NCBI GenBank assembly: GCA_964474445.1
Contig: CAYYSJ010000001.1
Coordinates: forward strand, 142,530 to 206,529
DNA length: 64,000 nucleotides
From: an uncultured Gammaproteobacteria bacterium
GTDB taxonomy: Bacteria; Patescibacteriota; Microgenomatia; Levybacterales; UBA12049
Direction of reading: 5' to 3'
Part shown: piece by piece, positions 58,384 to 64,000 of the stretch
Position numbering within the stretch: position 1 is the first letter of the stretch
Layout: each line of letters opens with the position of its first letter
The notes under the pieces: model-generated
What the model was told of the DNA's origin: nothing
Databases searched by the model: none
What the model saw: the letters and a program-made list of their open reading frames with translations, nothing else
Translations under genes and position numbers: made by a program

Positions 58384-60153
58384 ATGACTAATACAGAAAT
58401 TGCTCAACTTCTTCGTAATGTTGCCGCCGCTTTTACGATAAAAGACGAACGGAAATATCATTTTCAAATTGTTGCCTATCAAAGAGCTGCGGATGCAATT
58501 GCAAATTCAACAGCGCAGATTGTTGACTTGGTACGAGAAAATAAATTGGGAGAAATTCCAGGCGTTGGAACCTCTATTCAACAGCATTTAACTGAACTTG
58601 TGCAGAAAGGATCGGTGAAACATTTTGACATGATTATGAAAGATGTTCCTCCAGCTGTCTTTCCACTTCTCGCAGTTCCCTCATTTGGACCCAAAAAAGC
58701 ATATAAAGTAGTAACGACCTTTAGCTTAAAAGATCCAGCAACTGTTATTGAAGATGTAAAAAAAATAGCAGCAGAGGGGAAAATTGCAGACTTACCTGGA
58801 TTTGGGGAAAAGTCACAAAGTGATATGATTCGCGCAGTTGAGGAGTTTCATAAAGGTGCGGGCAAAACAACTCGTATGCTCCTTCCTTTTGCCACAGAAC
58901 TTGCAGAAAAATTAGTAGCGTATTTGAAGGAATCTCCCGATGTTGTAGATGCCCAACCATTGGGAAGTCTTAGACGAAAATCTCCTACTGTTGGTGATGT
59001 TGATATCGCAGTTGCGACAAAAAACCCAGAAGCAGTCCTCAAACATTTTGTTTCCTATCCATATAAAGATAGAGTCATTGAACAAGGGCCAACCACCTCA
59101 TCTATTCTCACCTCTGGGGGACATCAGGTAGATCTTATGACACAACCAGCAGAAGCGTGGGGATCGTTACTCCAGCATTTTACTGGTAGCAAACATCACA
59201 ATGTCCACTTGCGAGATTTTGCGTTAAAAAAAGGTTTGTCGCTGTCTGAATATGGCATCAAACACCTCAAATCAGAGTCAGAAGAACGGGAAAAATTCAC
59301 GAGTGAAGAAAAGTTTTATCATGCAATAGGACTTGACTGGATCCCTCCAGAACTTCGGGAAGATACAGGGGAGATAGAAGCAGCAGCACGTCATCAACTT
59401 CCTTCCCTCGTTGAAGAACAAGACATAAAAGGGGATCTGCACATCCATTCAAGCTATCCCATAGAACCAAGCCATGACATGGGTGCAGATACCATGCAGG
59501 CAATGCTTGATGTTGCAAAACAAATGGGGTATGAGTACTTAGGGTTTTCAGAACACAATCCCAGTGTCTCCAAACATACCCCTTCTCAAATTCTTTCAAT
59601 CTTGAAGCAGCGTGCAGAAAGAATTGAACAAATAAAAGAGAGTAATAAAAATATGCGAGTAATTAATTTGCTCGAAACAGATATTCTAGCCTCAGGAGAG
59701 CTTGCCATCAATGACGATGCACTTGAAACACTGGATGCCACGCTTGTCTCTATTCATAGCTCATTTGGACTTGACCAAAAACAAATGACAGAAAGAATTT
59801 TACAGGGACTCTCTCATCCGAAAGCAAAAATACTTTCCCATCCAACAGGAAGATTAATTAATGAAAGAAACGGCTACTCACTCGACTGGGAAAAAATCTT
59901 TACATTTTGTGTTGAACATAATAAAGCACTTGAAATTAATGCATGGCCTGAACGAACAGACTTGCCTGACACGCTTATACGAGAAGCAAAGAAATACGGT
60001 GTGCATTTTGTTATTGATACTGATAGTCATGCAAGTGCCCATATGAAATTAATGCGATATGGCGTCTGGAATGCAAGACGCGGCTGGGCAACAAAAGATG
60101 ATATTTTAAACACTTTGCCGTATAATAAGTTTATTGCTTGGCTTAAAAGCTGA
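58384..60153 (+). CDS. polX: DNA polymerase X with PHP domain
   Basis: HhH motifs, GSLRR, GDVDI, VDL, FTGSK.HN; PHP DLHIHS, HPTGR, DTDSH. Confidence 0.95.
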   Translation: MTNTEIAQLLRNVAAAFTIKDERKYHFQIVAYQRAADAIANSTAQIVDLVRENKLGEIPGVGTSIQQHLTELVQKGSVKHFDMIMKDVPPAVFPLLAVPSFGPKKAYKVVTTFSLKDPATVIEDVKKIAAEGKIADLPGFGEKSQSDMIRAVEEFHKGAGKTTRMLLPFATELAEKLVAYLKESPDVVDAQPLGSLRRKSPTVGDVDIAVATKNPEAVLKHFVSYPYKDRVIEQGPTTSSILTSGGHQVDLMTQPAEAWGSLLQHFTGSKHHNVHLRDFALKKGLSLSEYGIKHLKSESEEREKFTSEEKFYHAIGLDWIPPELREDTGEIEAAARHQLPSLVEEQDIKGDLHIHSSYPIEPSHDMGADTMQAMLDVAKQMGYEYLGFSEHNPSVSKHTPSQILSILKQRAERIEQIKESNKNMRVINLLETDILASGELAINDDALETLDATLVSIHSSFGLDQKQMTERILQGLSHPKAKILSHPTGRLINERNGYSLDWEKIFTFCVEHNKALEINAWPERTDLPDTLIREAKKYGVHFVIDTDSHASAHMKLMRYGVWNARRGWATKDDILNTLPYNKFIAWLKS

Positions 60154-60209
60154 GCCATCCAGACGTTCAGAGCAGTATGCGATGAACAACTGAAGGAGGT
60201 GAAGAGAAT

Positions 60210-60758
60210 ATGGCACTTTGGATCATTTTAGGAATACTAGTACTTATTGGTCTTTTTGTTTGGGCAACATACAATGGTCTTATTACTGCAAAAGTACGCG
60301 TACAAGAAGCTTTTTCCCACATTGATGTGCAACTTAAAAGACGCACGGATTTAATTCCAAATTTAGTTGAAACAGTCAAAGGATATGCGAAACACGAAAA
60401 AGAAGTTTTGGAAGAAATAACAAAAGCCAGAACAAGTCTTATGAAGGCATCTGGTATTGAAGAAAAAGCAAAAGCAAACAATCAAATTTCTGAAACACTA
60501 AAAAGTCTTTTTGCTGTTGCTGAAAATTACCCAACACTCAAAGCAAATGAGAATTTTTTACAATTACAAGATGAACTTGCTGATACAGAAAATAAAATTG
60601 CATATGCAAGACAATTCTATAACAGCACCGTTCTGGACTTTAACACAAAACTTCAGGTTTTCCCAACAAATATATTTGCGAATATGCTGAAATTTACTCC
60701 AGCAGACTTCTTCGCTGCCACAGAAGAAGAGAAAAAAGAAGTGAAAGTAAAGTTTTGA
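60210..60758 (+). CDS. lemA: LemA family protein
   Basis: [31 protein letters not shown]; strong SD AGGAGGTGA. Confidence 0.95.
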   Translation: MALWIILGILVLIGLFVWATYNGLITAKVRVQEAFSHIDVQLKRRTDLIPNLVETVKGYAKHEKEVLEEITKARTSLMKASGIEEKAKANNQISETLKSLFAVAENYPTLKANENFLQLQDELADTENKIAYARQFYNSTVLDFNTKLQVFPTNIFANMLKFTPADFFAATEEEKKEVKVKF

Positions 60759-60867
60759 TAAGGAAACGAGTGATGAGAAACAGTAAGGGTTACAAAAAAC
60801 ATAACCGTATCCTTCTTCTCATAGAGAGGGACATTCATCTTTCAATTTTCACTCGTAACTTTTGGCT

Positions 60868-61770
60868 ATGAATATCTATTCTCAAATATCATCAAACAAG
60901 TGGAGGACATGGGTTATCGTTGTCTTATTTATTATCTTTATCACAGCAATAGGTTATGTCTTTGGCAAAGCAACTGGATATGGTCTTTCTTTTGCTGGCA
61001 TTGCCCTTATTCTCGCAGGTATTATGAGTTGGGGTAGTTACTATTTCTCTGATCAACTCGTCATTGCAACAAGCGGCGCACACCCATTGAAAAAATCCGA
61101 TGACCCAGAACTGTTTCATGTTGTTGAAAACCTTGCGATAGGAGACGGACTTCCTATGCCAAAGATATACATGATGGAAGAAGATGCTCCCAATGCGTTT
61201 GCAACAGGGAGAGACCCAAAGCATGGTGTTGTTGTCGTAACACGAGGACTTCGGGAAATGATGACTAGGTCAGAGCTAGAAGGGGTACTGGCACATGAGT
61301 TGTCTCATGTCAAAAATTTTGATACCCGGCTTATGGGTATTGTTGCAATACTCGTTGGATTTGTTGCAATACTTGCAGACATGTTCCTCAGAAATTTGTG
61401 GTGGGGCGGATTCAAAAGAGATAATGACCGTGAAGATAATCAATTGCAAATGATTTTTCTTGTTGTTGGGATCGTTCTTGCTATTCTCTCCCCTATTATT
61501 GCAACACTCATTCAACTTGCCATTTCTCGAAAAAGAGAGTTTTTGGCAGATGCGTCTGCTGCATTGTTAACACGTTACCCAGAAGGACTTGCATCTGCTC
61601 TTGAAAAATTAGCAAAAGATAAAGAGCCAACGCTTGGCGCAACAAATGCAACAGCACACTTATTTATTACCAATCCTTTTGAAGGAAAATCAGTTCGTAC
61701 ATGGTTTGCTGGACTTTTTGATACCCATCCTCCTCTTACAGAACGAATTAAGATATTGCGGTCAATGTAG
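60868..61770 (+). CDS. htpX: M48 zinc protease HtpX
   Basis: PNAFATGR, HELSH, SRKREFLAD, THPP. Confidence 0.94.
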   Translation: MNIYSQISSNKWRTWVIVVLFIIFITAIGYVFGKATGYGLSFAGIALILAGIMSWGSYYFSDQLVIATSGAHPLKKSDDPELFHVVENLAIGDGLPMPKIYMMEEDAPNAFATGRDPKHGVVVVTRGLREMMTRSELEGVLAHELSHVKNFDTRLMGIVAILVGFVAILADMFLRNLWWGGFKRDNDREDNQLQMIFLVVGIVLAILSPIIATLIQLAISRKREFLADASAALLTRYPEGLASALEKLAKDKEPTLGATNATAHLFITNPFEGKSVRTWFAGLFDTHPPLTERIKILRSM

Positions 61771-61824
61771 TATACTTATACTATCTCCCCATTGAGATCA
61801 TTGTTTCAGTCAGCAAATAATGTT

Positions 61825-63126
61825 ATGAATAGTTTCCTTATTAACTCTGCCAAAACAATAAGCACGCTTAGTCGCTTCTTCAATCTTGGAAATGGTTCAA
61901 CCTGGCCTGGTCATATTGCACTCAGTATCAATCCGCATATTATTGAAGATTTGCTTACTCACCCTCAAGCAAAAGTCATCGTCATTGTTGGTACCAATGG
62001 CAAGACAACTACCTCTCGAATGCTGACAACAATATTAAGAGAGAATGGACAACACGTTATCCAAAATACTTCAGGTGCCAATTTAGTCAACGGTATTGCA
62101 TCAACACTGCTTCTGAATACAAATACTCATGGGAAATTAGTTGCTGATTACGCAGTTTTTGAAGTCGATGAGAATAGTTTGCCGCTCCTTTTGAATCACC
62201 TGACTCCTCATATTATTATTGCACTGAACCTTTTTCGTGACCAGCTTGATAGATATGGGGAACTCGATTCAATTGCAAAGAAATGGCATAGTGCATTGAA
62301 AGACCTCCCCTCGACAACAAACGTAATCCTTAATGCAGATGACCCCCTTATTGCATATCTTGCAAAAGATGTTGCCGCTGATGTCCACTATTTTGGACTG
62401 GATCATACAAAAAAAGAACAAAAATCACTTGAGCATGCAGCAGACTCTATTTACTGTCCACAATGTAATAGTAAATTAACATATAAAAAGATTTTTTATT
62501 CACATTTAGGAATCTGGGAATGTCCCCATTGCCATGTGAAAAGGCCACAACCACAAATTTCTGAAAGTTATTATCCATTGCCTGGAACATATAATGAATA
62601 CAATACCCTCGCGGCAGTATTAGCAGCAAAAATACTCGGTATTTCCGACAAGTCCATTGATGCAGCACTCCATACCGTCACCCCTGCCTTTGGTAGACAG
62701 GAAGTGTTACACGTTAAAGGCAAAAAGGTACAGCTTTTTCTTGCAAAAAACCCAACAAGCTTTAATGAGTCTCTCAGGACTATTGCAGATTTAAAAGCAA
62801 AGAATGTTCTCCTTGTCTTAAACGATCGAATTCCAGATGGACGAGATATTTCATGGATTTGGGATATTGATACGGAGCACTTTGTTCATACATTTGAAAA
62901 CATTTTTGTTAGCGGCGACAGAACATATGACATGGCACTTCGCATTCACTATTCTTCCTTAGACCAATCACAGAAAACGTATACCGTCATTGCAGAAGAA
63001 GAGCTACCAAAAGCAATAGAAAAAGCACTAGACCAAACACATCCAAACGATACGCTATATATCCTTCCAACGTATTCAGCAATGCTTGAAGTAAGAAAAA
63101 TTTTAACAGGGAGAAAAATTCTCTAG
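61825..63126 (+). CDS. murT: Lipid II isoglutaminyl synthase, MurT subunit
   Basis: GTNGKTTT, NLFRDQLDRYGE, CPQC/CPHC, KNP, DGRDISWIWD. Confidence 0.92.
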   Translation: MNSFLINSAKTISTLSRFFNLGNGSTWPGHIALSINPHIIEDLLTHPQAKVIVIVGTNGKTTTSRMLTTILRENGQHVIQNTSGANLVNGIASTLLLNTNTHGKLVADYAVFEVDENSLPLLLNHLTPHIIIALNLFRDQLDRYGELDSIAKKWHSALKDLPSTTNVILNADDPLIAYLAKDVAADVHYFGLDHTKKEQKSLEHAADSIYCPQCNSKLTYKKIFYSHLGIWECPHCHVKRPQPQISESYYPLPGTYNEYNTLAAVLAAKILGISDKSIDAALHTVTPAFGRQEVLHVKGKKVQLFLAKNPTSFNESLRTIADLKAKNVLLVLNDRIPDGRDISWIWDIDTEHFVHTFENIFVSGDRTYDMALRIHYSSLDQSQKTYTVIAEEELPKAIEKALDQTHPNDTLYILPTYSAMLEVRKILTGRKIL

Positions 63127-63145
63127 AAAGAAAGCAAAAAGTAAG

Positions 63146-63907
63146 ATGAACCAAAAGAATACACAGGCACCATACAAACTTACCATTGGCTGGCTCTACC
63201 CAGAGCTAATGAGTATTTATGGTGATCGAGGAAATATTATTACCCTTACCAGGCGTTGTGAGTGGAGAGGTATTGTAGTTGAAGTGAAACGCTTAGGACT
63301 TGAAAATAGTAGTGAGGATTTTAAACAAGTTGATATGATTTTTATGGGAGGGGCTCAGGATAGACAACAAACAATTGTTGCAACAGATTTAGAAAAGAAA
63401 AAGGCAGTTCTTTTAGAACATATCGAAAGTGGCACACCAGGACTTTATATTTGTGGAGGCTTTCAATTTCTTGGAAAATACTATAAAGAAGCAGATGGAA
63501 CTGTGATAGATCAACTGGGAGTACTTGATGTCTATACAGAAAATCCCGGGGGTGAAAGACTCATTGGGAATATTGCAATTGAAGTAACAGGACTGCCACT
63601 ACACAAAACATTTGTGGGGTTTGAAAACCATGGTGGACGCACAAGACTTGGTAAAGATGTGAAACCACTCGGCAAAGTCATTAAAGGTTTTGGGAGTAAT
63701 GCAGAAGATGGAACAGAAGGAGCTGTGTATAAAAATACTATTGGGACTTATTTCCATGGACCCATTCTCCCCAAGAATCCTGAACTAGCTGATTGGCTTA
63801 TTGAAAAAGCATTAAAAGTAAAATATAAAAAGGATATTCCCCTTTCAGCACTTGACAATCTGCTTTCCGATAAAGCTCGAGATGTGATGTTACAAAGATT
63901 AGGATAA
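63146..63907 (+). CDS. gatD: Glutamine amidotransferase GatD (CobQ-like)
   Basis: LYP..M..YGDRGN, ICGGFQ, GFENHGG, YFHGPILPKNP. Confidence 0.92.
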   Translation: MNQKNTQAPYKLTIGWLYPELMSIYGDRGNIITLTRRCEWRGIVVEVKRLGLENSSEDFKQVDMIFMGGAQDRQQTIVATDLEKKKAVLLEHIESGTPGLYICGGFQFLGKYYKEADGTVIDQLGVLDVYTENPGGERLIGNIAIEVTGLPLHKTFVGFENHGGRTRLGKDVKPLGKVIKGFGSNAEDGTEGAVYKNTIGTYFHGPILPKNPELADWLIEKALKVKYKKDIPLSALDNLLSDKARDVMLQRLG

Positions 63908-63910
63908 ACT

Positions 63911-64000
63911 ATGAGCACACGTTTTGTTGAAAGAAGGAAAGTTGCAGGGAATGACACTACATTTTTTGAATCAATGGACATTGGTTTATTAGGACGAAAC
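63911..64000 (+). CDS. Hypothetical protein, 3'-partial
   Basis: ATG 3 nt after the gatD stop; frame open to the window end (MSTRFVERRKVAG...). Confidence 0.4.
   Translation, partial: MSTRFVERRKVAGNDTTFFESMDIGLLGRN

Noticed and set aside
61825-63907. MurT/GatD as a novelty
   Set aside because: A well-characterised lipid II amidation pair with canonical motifs.

Overview
This is ordinary chromosomal DNA from an AT-rich, densely coding bacterium using genetic code 11. The gene inventory and style (short holA, UvrC without HhH, transglutaminase gene between uvrA and uvrC, PT-linker surface proteins, MurT/GatD, many orphan ORFs, mostly SD-less starts) suggest a Patescibacteria/CPR genome, probably Microgenomates; that placement is inference. 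It holds DNA-repair genes (uvrA/B/C, lexA, polX, a DEDDh-GIY-YIG fusion), glycolysis and sugar-phosphate genes (eno-gpmA-pyk, pgm, pgi/pmi, ppsA), pyrG, rplS, greA, secG, rsmI, lemA-htpX, murT-gatD and five tRNAs (Lys-CTT, Lys-TTT, Glu-TTC, Gly-CCC, Asp-GTC). I saw no integrase, transposase, rRNA or CRISPR array. Best leads: (1) an MshC-like cysteine ligase with no anticodon domain, near two inositol monophosphatases, an altered shikimate-dehydrogenase-like enzyme and a kinase; (2) a coupled nucleotidyltransferase-metallophosphoesterase-HAD operon; (3) a second enolase missing key catalytic residues; (4) unrelated orphan proteins sharing Arg-rich C-terminal tails; (5) a DUF1800-DUF1501 fusion; (6) candidate structured RNAs and widespread leaderless gene starts. 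All family calls come from reading motifs by eye, not from database searches.
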